Shown: positions 27,401-38,279 of the stretch, piece after piece
Layout: every line of letters begins with the position of its first letter
How positions within the stretch are numbered: the first letter of the stretch is position 1
Source: Macrostomum lignano
Taxonomy: Eukaryota
DNA: 64,000 bases
Assembly (NCBI GenBank): GCA_002269645.1
Contig: NIVC01001375.1
Location: 186,001-250,000 of the forward strand
Reading direction: 5' to 3'
Position numbers and translations under genes: made by a program
The notes under the pieces: generated by a model
What the model was told of the DNA's origin: nothing
Seen by the model: only the letters and a program-made list of their open reading frames with translations
Database searches by the model: none

Positions 27401-30400
27401 TAATTATCCTTCCTACTGAAATATCTCAGGGGATAATTATCCTTCCTATTGAAATATCTCAGGGGATAATTATCCTTCCTACTGAAATATCTTAGGGGAT
27501 AATTATCCTCCACTAAAATATCTGGGGGGGGGGGTAATTAGCTCCACTTCAAATATCTAGAGGACATTAATTACTAACTAAAATAGAAATCATTCCTAAT
27601 TCTTGGGACAATGATACTCTACCAAAAAAGTATCTCAAGCTCCCCCACAGAGCAACAAACCTTTTCGGTGTTCCAAGCCTTGACCAGAGTCAGCCGGTAC
27701 ACGGTCCGCTGGCCGCAGTCGCGCATAGCCCGCAGGCAATCGATAAAACGCTGCCAGAAATCCTTGAACAGAGGCCTGTCGATGCGTTTCAAGCTATCCG
27801 GCGTGGCTGCGTCAACCGATACGTAAAGTTGCGTAACAGGCGGCAGTTGACGCATCGCTTCGGGGAACTGAGCGTTAGTAACTAGGAACGAAGAGATGCC
27901 GGATGTGTGCAACAGGTGCAACAGCTGGTTGATGCGCGGATACATGATGGGCTCGCCCACTAGGCTGAGTGCGCAATGGCGCGGCTGCATGCCTTCGGAG
28001 ATGCGCTCGGGCATGACGCCGGGCACTCCGCGGAATTCCCGTATCATCCGCCTGCGGCGGGTGGGGTTAGTTTGTAAGGCAATTGTGATTAAGAGCATCT
28101 AAGCCTTCGAGTGAGGATCTCGGAGATACTCTAAGTGGAGCTGATTCTCATTCCTAGATTCTTACTAAGCATATCACAATTCGTTATTGGGATTCCCCTA
28201 GATTCCTCATTGGGATTCCCCTAGATACCCCATTTGGATTCTCTTACAGTCCTTATTGGGATTTCCCTAGATTCCTCATTGGGATTCCCCTAGATCCTTT
28301 ATTCGGATTCTCCTAGATTCCTCATGGGATTCTCCTAGATTCCTTATTGGGATTTCCCTTGATTCCTCATTGGGATTCCGCTAGATTCTTTATTCGGATT
28401 CTCCTAGCTTCCTTATTGGGATTCCCCTAGATTCCTAACTGGATTTCCCTTGATTCCTCATTGGGATTCCCCTAGATTCTTTTCGGATTCTCCTAGATTC
28501 CTTATTGGGATTCCTTTAGATTCTTAATTGGGATTTCCCCAGATTCCCTATTCGGATTCTCCTAGATTCCTTATTGGGATTCCCCTAGATTCCTAATTGG
28601 GATTTCCTTGATTCCTCATTGGCATTCCCCTAGATTCTTTATTCGGATTGTCCTAGATTCCTCATTCGGATGCTCCTAGCTTCCTTTTTAGGATTCCCCT
28701 AGATTCCTCATTGGGATTTCTCCGATATACTAAAAAGGGATACCCCTAGATTTGTAATTGGGATTCCCTTGGATACTAAAAAAGATACCCCCTATAAACC
28801 CCAATAGACCTCCGCCATCGCTCACCTGTGAGCATCCAAAGCGCCAGATAGAATCTCATCGGGCGGATCTTCCAACCAGCGCCACTCGGTGCCCACCGGA
28901 TTAGTGTGATGCCGCCAACAGAACACGCATTTATTGGCACAGGCCAGAGAAGGCGTGGCCTCCATGCACCGGTGCGAGGCGATGCCATAGAATGCGTGCT
29001 TGTAGCAGCCGCCGCGGCCTCGCAGCATGGATTTGGTCCATCGGCACAGCTTGACGCCGGAATGACTGCCAATCAATCGGTAGCCTTGCTTCTCTAACGA
29101 TTTACGAACTAACGGCGTAACCATAGCTCGTCTGGTTGTGGCTTCTTGGCGAAGTTTTTGCTTCTGATTGCTTCTAGTAGCAGACGACAATACACCGCCA
29201 ATATCTTCAACGTCTACTAGGCCGTCTTGATCTTCCTCATCTAGATGATCACTATCAACGTCTGAATGGTCTTCGGCAACATCTGACGCCGCTTCCGCGC
29301 CTTGGCAACAAGCTGAATTGCCGGTAGCCTCTGAACAGCAAGCTGATTTTTTCTTCTTACTAACCAAAGGATCCAACAGTTGAGATTGAAGCGCGGCCTG
29401 AAAGTCGGCCTCTTGACCGCCGTGGCCGGTTGCTGAGGCGACATTTTCGTCTAGCAGAACTGGCGGCCGCAGACGGGTACCGGACAGCTGAGTCAGCTGC
29501 TCGTCAACACGCTTGGCTATCTGACAGTTTTTCGAAGGAAACAAAGGAGGCTCGCTGTGGTGGAGGCCAAGCATTCGGAGATGGAAAAATTGATCAGAGA
29601 GACAGGAAAGGGAAAAGGTGGAGAGGGGAGGCAGAAAAAACGGAGAGAAGGGAGCAAGGGGGAGAGAGCGAGAAAGGGGAAGAGAGAGAAGGCGAGAGAG
29701 AGGGAGAGAAAGAAAGAAAGGGGGTGAGAGAGAGGGAGGCGGATGGGCGGGAGAGAGGAGAGGGCGAGAGAGGGAAAGGAGAGGGGGGGAGGGGGGAGGG
29801 GAAGAGGGTGAGAGAGAGGGGAAGGAAACGGAAAAAGGGTGGGAGAGGGGCTGAAAGAGAGAGAGAGAGAGAGAGGGGAAGGGAGAAGGAAGAGGGGTAA
29901 GAGGGACAGAGAGAGAGAGAGAGACGCAAGGGGGCTAGAGGGGAGGGAGGGAGAGCGAGAGAGGGGAATGGAGAGGGGAGGGAGGGAGAGCGAGAGAGGG
30001 GAATGGAGAGGGGAGGGAGGGAGAGCGAGAGAGGGGAATGGAGAAGGGAGGGAGGGAGAGCGAGAGAGGGGAATGGAGAAGGAAGGGAGAGCGAGAGAGG
30101 GGAATGGAGAGGGGAGGCCGGGAGGGAGGGAGAGCGACAGAAAGAAAGTGAAGGGGAAGAAGAAAAATAAAAAAGCCTCACCAAATTGTAATTCTCAGCG
30201 TAGAGCGAGTTGCCCAGGCCGATGACAATGAACCTCAATCCGCTTAGGTGGCCCCTTTCAACGCGCCAATCTTCGGCCGCTTCGGCCAGCCATTTGCAGA
30301 ACCAGGCGCCGGTATTGGGAGACGAGCCGCCTTCGTAGGTTGGCAACAGAAAGTAGCAGAGGGTGTCGGGAGACTGGGAACGGTCAGGGGGTTAAATTGA

Positions 30401-33400
30401 ATGAGAAGTGCATTTCGATAATGGATTACCAATTTCGATATCGAAATCCGATAATCCAATATCAAAATCTGATAATCCAATATCAAAATCCGATAATCCA
30501 ATATCAAAATCTGATAATCCAATATCAAAATCCGGTAATCCAATATCAAAATCCGATAATCCAATATCAAAATCCGGTAATCCAATATCAAAATCCGATA
30601 ATCCAATATCAAAATCCGATAATCCAATATCAAAATCCGGTAATCCAATATCAAAATCCGATAATCCAATATCAAAATCCGATAATCCAATATCAAAATC
30701 CGATAATCAACTATAAAAAATTGGTAATCCATTATCGAAATGCACTTCTCATTCAATTTAACCCCCTGACCGTTCCCAGTCTCCCGACACCCTCTGCTAC
30801 TTTCTGTTGCCAACCTACGAAGGCGGCTCGTCTCCCAATACCGGCGCCTGGTTCTGCAAATGGCTGGCCGAAGCGGCCGAAGATTGGCGCGTTGAAAGGG
30901 GCCACCTAAGCGGATTGAGGTTCATTGTCATCGGCCTGGGCAACTCGCTCTACGCTGAGAATTACAATTTGGTGAGGCTTTTTTATTTTTCTTCTTCCCC
31001 TTCACTTTCTTTCTGTCGCTCTCCCTCCCTCCCGGCCTCCCCTCTCCATTCCCCTCTCTCGCTCTCCCTTCCTTCTCCATTCCCCTCTCTCGCTCTCCCT
31101 CCCTCCCTTCTCCATTCCCCTCTCTCGCTCTCCCTCCCTCCCCTCTCCATTCCCCTCTCTCGCTCTCCCTCCCTCCCCTCTCCATTCCCCTCTCTCGCTC
31201 TCCCTCCCTCCCCTCTAGCCCCCTTGCGTCTCTCTCTCTCTCTCTGTCCCTCTTGCCCCTCTTCCTTCTCCCTTCCCCTCTCTCTCTCTCTCTCTCTTTC
31301 GGCCCCTCTCCCACCCTTTTTCCGTTTCCTTCCCCTCTCTCTCACCCTCTTCCCCTCCCCCCTCCCCCCTCTCCTTTCCCTCTCTCGCCCTCTCCTCTCT
31401 CCCGCCCATCCGCCTCCCTCTCTCTCACCCCCTTTCTTTCTTTCTCTCCCTCTCTCTCGCCTTCTCTCTCTTCCCCTTTCTCGCTCTCTCCCCCTTGCTC
31501 CCTTCTCTCCGTTTTTTCTGCCTCCCCTCTCCACCTTTTCCCTTTCCTGTCTCTCTGATCAATTTTTCCATCTCCGAATGCTTGGCCTCCACCACAGCGA
31601 GCCTCCTTTGTTTCCTTCGAAAAACTGTCAGATAGCCAAGCGTGTTGACGAGCAGCTGACTCAGCTGTCCGGTACCCGTCTGCGGCCGCCAGTTCTGCTA
31701 GACGAAAATGTCGCCTCAGCAACCGGCCACGGCGGTCAAGAGGCCGACTTTCAGGCCGCGCTTCAATCTCAACTGTTGGATCCTTTGGTTAGTAAGAAGA
31801 AAAAATCAGCTTGCTGTTCAGAGGCTACCGGCAATTCAGCTTGTTGCCAAGGCGCGGAAGCGGCGTCAGATGTTGCCGAAGACCATTCAGACGTTGATAG
31901 TGATCATCTAGATGAGGAAGATCAAGACGGCCTAGTAGACGTTGAAGATATTGGCGGTGTATTGTCGTCTGCTACTAGAAGCAATCAGAAGCAAAAACTT
32001 CGCCAAGAAGCCACAACCAGACGAGCTATGGTTACGCCGTTAGTTCGTAAATCGTTAGAGAAGCAAGGCTACCGATTGATTGGCAGTCATTCCGGCGTCA
32101 AGCTGTGCCGATGGACCAAATCCATGCTGCGAGGCCGCGGCGGCTGCTACAAGCACGCATTCTATGGCATCGCCTCGCACCGGTGCATGGAGGCCACGCC
32201 TTCTCTGGCCTGTGCCAATAAATGCGTGTTCTGTTGGCGGCATCACACTAATCCGGTGGGCACCGAGTGGCGCTGGTTGGAAGATCCGCCCGATGAGATT
32301 CTATCTGGCGCTTTGGATGCTCACAGGTGAGCGATGGCGGAGGTCTATTGGGGTTTATAGGGGGTATCTTTTTTAGTATCCAAGGGAATCCCAATTACAA
32401 ATCTAGGGGTATCCCTTTTTAGTATATCGGAGAAATCCCAATGAGGAATCTAGGGGAATCCTAAAAAGGAAGCTAGGAGCATCCGAATGAGGAATCTAGG
32501 ACAATCCGAATAAAGAATCTAGGGGAATGCCAATGAGGAATCAAGGAAATCCCAATTAGGAATCTAGGGGAATCCCAATAAGGAATCTAGGAGAATCCGA
32601 ATAGGGAATCTGGGGAAATCCCAATTAAGAATCTAAAGGAATCCCAATAAGGAATCTAGGAGAATCCGAAAAGAATCTAGGGGAATCCCAATGAGGAATC
32701 AAGGGAAATCCAGTTAGGAATCTAGGGGAATCCCAATAAGGAAGCTAGGAGAATCCGAATAAAGAATCTAGCGGAATCCCAATGAGGAATCAAGGGAAAT
32801 CCCAATAAGGAATCTAGGAGAATCCCATGAGGAATCTAGGAGAATCCGAATAAAGGATCTAGGGGAATCCCAATGAGGAATCTAGGGAAATCCCAATAAG
32901 GACTGTAAGAGAATCCAAATGGGGTATCTAGGGGAATCCCAATGAGGAATCTTTCCTTGAGGATTTGAGGATTTCCTTGATTCCTCATTGGCATTCCCCT
33001 AGATTCTTTATTCGGATTGTCCTAGATTCCTCATTCGGATGCTCCTAGCTTCCTTTTTAGGATTCCCCTAGATTCCTCATTGGGATTTCTCCGATATACT
33101 AAAAAGGGATACCCCTAGATTTGTAATTGGGATTCCCTTGGATACTAAAAAAGATACCCCCTATAAACCCCAATAGACCTCCGCCATCGCTCACCTGTGA
33201 GCATCCAAAGCGCCAGATAGAATCTCATCGGGCGGATCTTCCAACCAGCGCCACTCGGTGCCCACCGGATTAGTGTGATGCCGCCAACAGAACACGCATT
33301 TATTGGCACAGGCCAGAGAAGGCGTGGCCTCCATGCACCGGTGCGAGGCGATGCCATAGAATGCGTGCTTGTAGCAGCCGCCGCGGCCTCGCAGCATGGA

Positions 33401-36400
33401 TTTGGTCCATCGGCACAGCTTGACGCCGGAATGACTGCCAATCAATCGGTAGCCTTGCTTCTCTAACGATTTACGAACTAACGGCGTAACCATAGCTCGT
33501 CTGGTTGTGGCTTCTTGGCGAAGTTTTTGCTTCTGATTGCTTCTAGTAGCAGACGACAATACACCGCCAATATCTTCAACGTCTACTAGGCCGTCTTGAT
33601 CTTCCTCATCTAGATGATCACTATCAACGTCTGAATGGTCTTCGGCAACATCTGACGCCGCTTCCGCGCCTTGGCAACAAGCTGAATTGCCGGTAGCCTC
33701 TGAACAGCAAGCTGATTTTTTCTTCTTACTAACCAAAGGATCCAACAGTTGAGATTGAAGCGCGGCCTGAAAGTCGGCCTCTTGACCGCCGTGGCCGGTT
33801 GCTGAGGCGACATTTTCGTCTAGCAGAACTGGCGGCCGCAGACGGGTACCGGACAGCTGAGTCAGCTGCTCGTCAACACGCTTGGCTATCTGACAGTTTT
33901 TCGAAGGAAACAAAGGAGGCTCGCTGTGGTGGAGGCCAAGCATTCGGAGATGGAAAAATTGATCAGAGAGACAGGAAAGGGAAAAGGTGGAGAGGGGAGG
34001 CAGAAAAAACGGAGAGAAGGGAGCAAGGGGGAGAGAGCGAGAAAGGGGAAGAGAGAGAAGGCGAGAGAGAGGGAGAGAAAGAAAGAAAGGGGGTGAGAGA
34101 GAGGGAGGCGGATGGGCGGGAGAGAGGAGAGGGCGAGAGAGGGAAAGGAGAGGGGGGGAGGGGGAGGGGAAGAGGGTGAGAGAGAGGGGAAGGAAACGGA
34201 AAAAGGGTGGGAGAGGGGCCGAAAGAGAGAGAGAGAGAGAGAGGGGAAGGGAGAAGGAAGAGGGGTAAGAGGGACAGAGAGAGAGAGAGAGACGCAAGGG
34301 GGCTAGAGGGGAGGGAGGGAGAGCGAGAGAGGGGAATGGAGAGGGGAGGGAGGGAGAGCGAGAGAGGGGAATGGAGAGGGGAGGGAGGGAGAGCGAGAGA
34401 GGGGAATGGAGAAGGGAGGGAGGGAGAGCGAGAGAGGGGAATGGAGAAGGAAGGGAGAGCGAGAGAGGGGAATGGAGAGGGGAGGCCGGGAGGGAGGGAG
34501 AGCGACAGAAAGAAAGTGAAGGGGAAGAAGAAAAATAAAAAAGCCTCACCAAATTGTAATTCTCAGCGTAGAGCGAGTTGCCCAGGCCGATGACAATGAA
34601 CCTCAATCCGCTTAGGTGGCCCCTTTCAACGCGCCAATCTTCGGCCGCTTCGGCCAGCCATTTGCAGAACCAGGCGCCGGTATTGGGAGACGAGCCGCCT
34701 TCGTAGGTTGGCAACAGAAAGTAGCAGAGGGTGTCGGGAGACTGGGAACGGTCAGGGGGTTAAATTGAATGAGAAGTGCATTTCGATAATGGATTACCAA
34801 TTTTTTATAGTTGATTATCGGATTTTGATATTGGATTATCGGATTTTGATATTGGATTATCGGATTTTGATATTGGATTACCGGATTTTGATATTGGATT
34901 ATCGGATTTTGATATTGGATTATCGGATTTTGATATTGGATTACCGGATTTTGATATTGGATTATCGGATTTTGATATTGGATTACCGGATTTTGATATT
35001 GGATTATCAGATTTTGATATTGGATTATCGGATTTTGATATTGGATTATCAGATTTTGATATTGGATTATCGGATTTCGATATCGGATTATCGGATTTTG
35101 ATACTGGATTAACGGATTTTGATATTGGATTACCGGAATCTGATATTGGATTACCGGATTTTGATAATGGATTACCGGATTTCAATATTGGATCATCGGA
35201 TTTTGATATTGGATTACCGGATTTTGATACTGGATTATCGGATTTTGATATTGGATTACCGGATTTTGATATTGGATTATCGGATTTTGATATTGGATTA
35301 TCGGATTTTGATATTGGATTACCGGATTTTGATATTGGATTATCGGATTTTGATATTGGATTACCGGATTTTGATAATGGATTACCGGATTTCAATATTG
35401 GATCATCGGATTTTGATATTGGATTACCGGATTTTGATAATGGATTATCGGTTTTCGATATCGGATTAACGGATTTTGATATTGGATTTTGATATTGGAT
35501 TACCGGATTTTGATATTGGATTATCGGATTTTGATATTGGATTACCGGATTTTGATATTGGATTACCGGATTTTGATATTGGATTACCGGATTTTGATAT
35601 TGGATTACCGGATTTTGATATTGGATTATCGGAGTTTGATATTGGATTATCGGATTTCGATATCGGATTATCGGATTTTGATACTGGATTAACGGATTTT
35701 GATATTGGATTAACCGATTTTGATATTGGATTACCGGATTTTGATATTGGATTACCGGATTTCGATATTGGATCATCGGATTTTGATATTGGATTATCGG
35801 ATTTTGATAATGGATTATCGGAGTTTGATATTGGATTATCGGATTTCGATATCGGATTATCGGATTTTGATACTGGATTAACGGATTTTGATATTGGATT
35901 AACCGATTTTTATATTGGATTAACATGTTAATATTCGATTTGATAAATACTTCAATCTGACTTATTCAACACTGAAGATATTTCTTATAAAGAAATAAAT
36001 AAAAACCCACCTCTTTATGCGGACTCTCCTCTGGATCATAATTAGCCAAATCAATCAATTCAATGCCAGCAGAATCGCTACTACTAACAGTAGTAGATTT
36101 GCACGCCTCACCGTCGCCACCGTTGCAACACTGAGACTGCTGCTGCTGCTGCTTCTGTTGTTTCAACACACCAGCCAGTTCGTCTCGAAGCAGAGTGGCA
36201 AAATGTTTAGCTCTGCCCAGTTGGCTAGCGTAGAACACGCGCACTTTATTAAAGGTCTCGTCAACGCTTCCATTAGCTGTACTTGTGCAACTTGTAGTAG
36301 GCAGCATTGCCTTGCGAGTTGTTGGACTCCTCAACGACATTTGACTACTACTTGAAAGTACCGCTTTCTGTTTGGATGAAAAAACGACAACAAAATTTAT

Positions 36401-36620
36401 GTTATGCTACTAAAAGTAGAAAAGTGAGAATACTTTTTTTGTCTTCTTTAATTAAGATTACCTTGACAGACGACGCGCTAATCACGTGACCTTGACGGCC
36501 GCGACGTTGAAACAAAATCCATGCGCCAACAACAGAAGCAGCCAATAGAAGAGAATAAGAGAGAGCGCTGCTGTTTTGCAGAGCTCGACTAATGTGAACA
36601 GTCAGGTCCCAGTGCGACAT
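24402..36620 (-). CDS. TYW1: tRNA wybutosine-synthesizing protein 1 (N-terminal TM, flavodoxin domain, radical SAM domain), 6 exons, about 749 aa
   Basis: Exons 36620-36462, 36367-36011, 34741-34550 (LPTYEGG..WFCKWL..VIGLGNSLY), 33889-33195 (GYRLIGSHSGVKLCRWTKSMLRGRGGCYKH; CANKCVFC radical-SAM motif), 28051-27661 (HCALSLVGEP, FLVTNAQFP), 24857-24402 (PDFIEVKGVTFCG, HEHSNC). Total 2250 nt, in frame. Exons 3-4 are also available as the copy at 30373-28826. Confidence 0.93.
24995..27515. repeat. 33-bp minisatellite, TYW1 last intron
   Basis: Unit GATAATTATCCTTCCTACTGAAATATCTCAGGG with a palindromic GGATAATTATCC core. Confidence 0.97.
26108..26279. mobile_element. 172-bp palindromic MITE inserted into the 33-bp minisatellite, 8-bp TSD ATAATTAT (hAT-like)
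   Basis: About 66-bp near-perfect inverted arms, CAT...ATG ends, and ATAATTAT at both 26100-26107 and 26280-26287. Confidence 0.85.
28185..28780. repeat. About 23-bp degenerate minisatellite (GGGATTCCCCTAGATTCCTCATT), TYW1 intron 4; copies at 32380-32950 (inverted) and 32970-33150
   Basis: Visible repeat. Confidence 0.9.
28826..30373 (-). CDS. TYW1: Second sense-oriented copy (copy C) of TYW1 exon 3 (30373-30182) and exon 4 (29520-28826)
   Basis: Exon translations are identical to those at 34741-33195 and the splice sites are intact. Confidence 0.85.
30780..32326 (+). pseudogene. TYW1: Inverted copy (copy B) of TYW1 exon 3 (30780-30971) and exon 4 (31632-32326), antisense to the gene
   Basis: Reverse complement of the same block. 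ORF 30807-32330 mirrors 33191-34714 and lacks exons 1-2 and 5-6. Confidence 0.85.
34810..35930. repeat. 21-bp minisatellite, TYW1 intron 2; inverted partial copy at 30445-30710
   Basis: Unit GGATTATCGGATTTTGATATT. Confidence 0.96.
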
Positions 36621-37167
36621 TTTGCTTGCTGATTGCTGGAATTCAATATAGGCAATGCTTAACACTTTATAATAAGCTATTAAACTTGCTTTATATAGTA
36701 CTTACTAAGTAGGTCAAGCCTATAAAAAGTAAATGCGCATTTAAATTCTATAACAAAATAGCAATGAACTTAGCACACATCACCTAGAAAAATCATAGCC
36801 GAATCTAAAGATTAGACTAATGATGAAATGAAAAAAATCAAAACTGATTGTAGCATGGCTAGAATTAAATCAATTAGCAATTGACTAAGTTATAAGTCTA
36901 ATCTTGGAATTATCAGAGTTTATATGCAATTCAACTTGTCCTTTGTTGTTTTTGACAATTTTTTACCTTTTCACTATTTATCAACCATCAAATTAACATT
37001 AATTTTTGTTTATTACTGTCTTGAAAAAGTAGTATCATTTCTTTTTATATTAAAAAAGTGCAAAAAGCCCATATTTCTCTTTGCTACAAGGTGTGAAACT
37101 ATTTTCAACTGTCAGCAAGAGTAACAGCAATTGATTTATATCATAGCAACTTTACTTACTAATGATA

Positions 37168-37725
37168 CAGTGAAAGAATTTTGAAAATATCACAAACTTA
37201 TCAAAAGTTATGTCTCCTTAACTGCAGTGGGGTACTGCATCTCAACAGGAACTGGAACTAGACTACAATTTTGAAATCTCACAGAAATTAACCAAATTCG
37301 AAATTGTTTGAAAAATCTCTAGCATGATATTGTGTCATCAAAGTGTCATCACTTTCTATATCTATGGTACAAGTTTCATTTGCTTCTGCTTGTGTGGCAC
37401 TCTGAAACTGAGGGGCAGAGTTCATGCCAATTGTGACTGCCTTGAGCAGGAAGTGCAGCAGGTTCTTGTCTACACAGACGTCATTGACAACATGCTTACA
37501 TGGTGGAAGAAATGCATCCAACTAAAGGGTGACTATATTGAGAAGGTCTCAGTTGCCACTGAGGAAGACATTTAAACTTTTTTGAAATAGAACTGACTTA
37601 CTGTTTTCTGGTGCTTCATATGCAGCATCCTAGTTCCTGTTTATGTATTGAGATGCAGTACCCCACTGCAGTTAGGATGCATAACTTTTGATAAGTTTGT
37701 GATATTTTCAAAATTCATTCAACTT
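37168..37725 (+). mobile_element. Non-autonomous Tc1/mariner-derived element with about 90-bp inverted repeats
   Basis: Inverted repeats at 37168-37261 and 37629-37725, TA on both flanks, left end TA|CAGTG. The internal ORF ends in WKKCIQLKGDYIEK, the mariner transposase C-terminal motif. Confidence 0.65.
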
Positions 37726-38279
37726 TACATTTACAAGTAAAATTTGCTTTCACCCCATCATTCCTATATCAGTTTAACTGTGGGGTTGTTGGTGTGGCTT
37801 GATTCATGGGGTTTGGTTAAGAGGGAGAGAAATGGCTTGTCCAATAAAAGTGGATATAAAGAAAGTTGGACACATACAAAGTGCCAATGTACATTGGTAG
37901 ATCACCCTTCTCTTCTTCACTCTAGCTCTAGCTAGCTTTATTTCTAAACTCTAGTCTTGCCAAAAAGCTTCTAGTCCAGCCAAAGATTTTAAATAAAACA
38001 AAACAACCCTTCATATTTCTTTATTTCTTCATTTCACCTCCTTTCTACAATACATCATATAATATATCTGCCAGCACTGCATTTTTGTAATAAGTCTTAT
38101 TCATAGAATGTTTGGAAGACTGGAAAAAATTTGAAAATCACCAGACTTAAATATGTAATACTAATAGCAATGAATAGCAATACACTGACTTTCATTTGCT
38201 TATTATAGTAAATCTATATTATTCCTCTTATTTGTAGACTATGGTTTCCATAGCAAAAGCACATAGTAGATATAGAGCA

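Noticed and set aside
24995-27515. 33-bp palindromic-core repeat with one unique insert as a CRISPR array
   Set aside because: Units are head-to-tail without spacers; the single insert is a MITE with a TSD.
30807-34714. 507-aa ORFs as complete single-exon proteins
   Set aside because: They read through the CT-rich intron 3 of TYW1. GT-AG sites give the homologous junction ENYNL|IAKRV.
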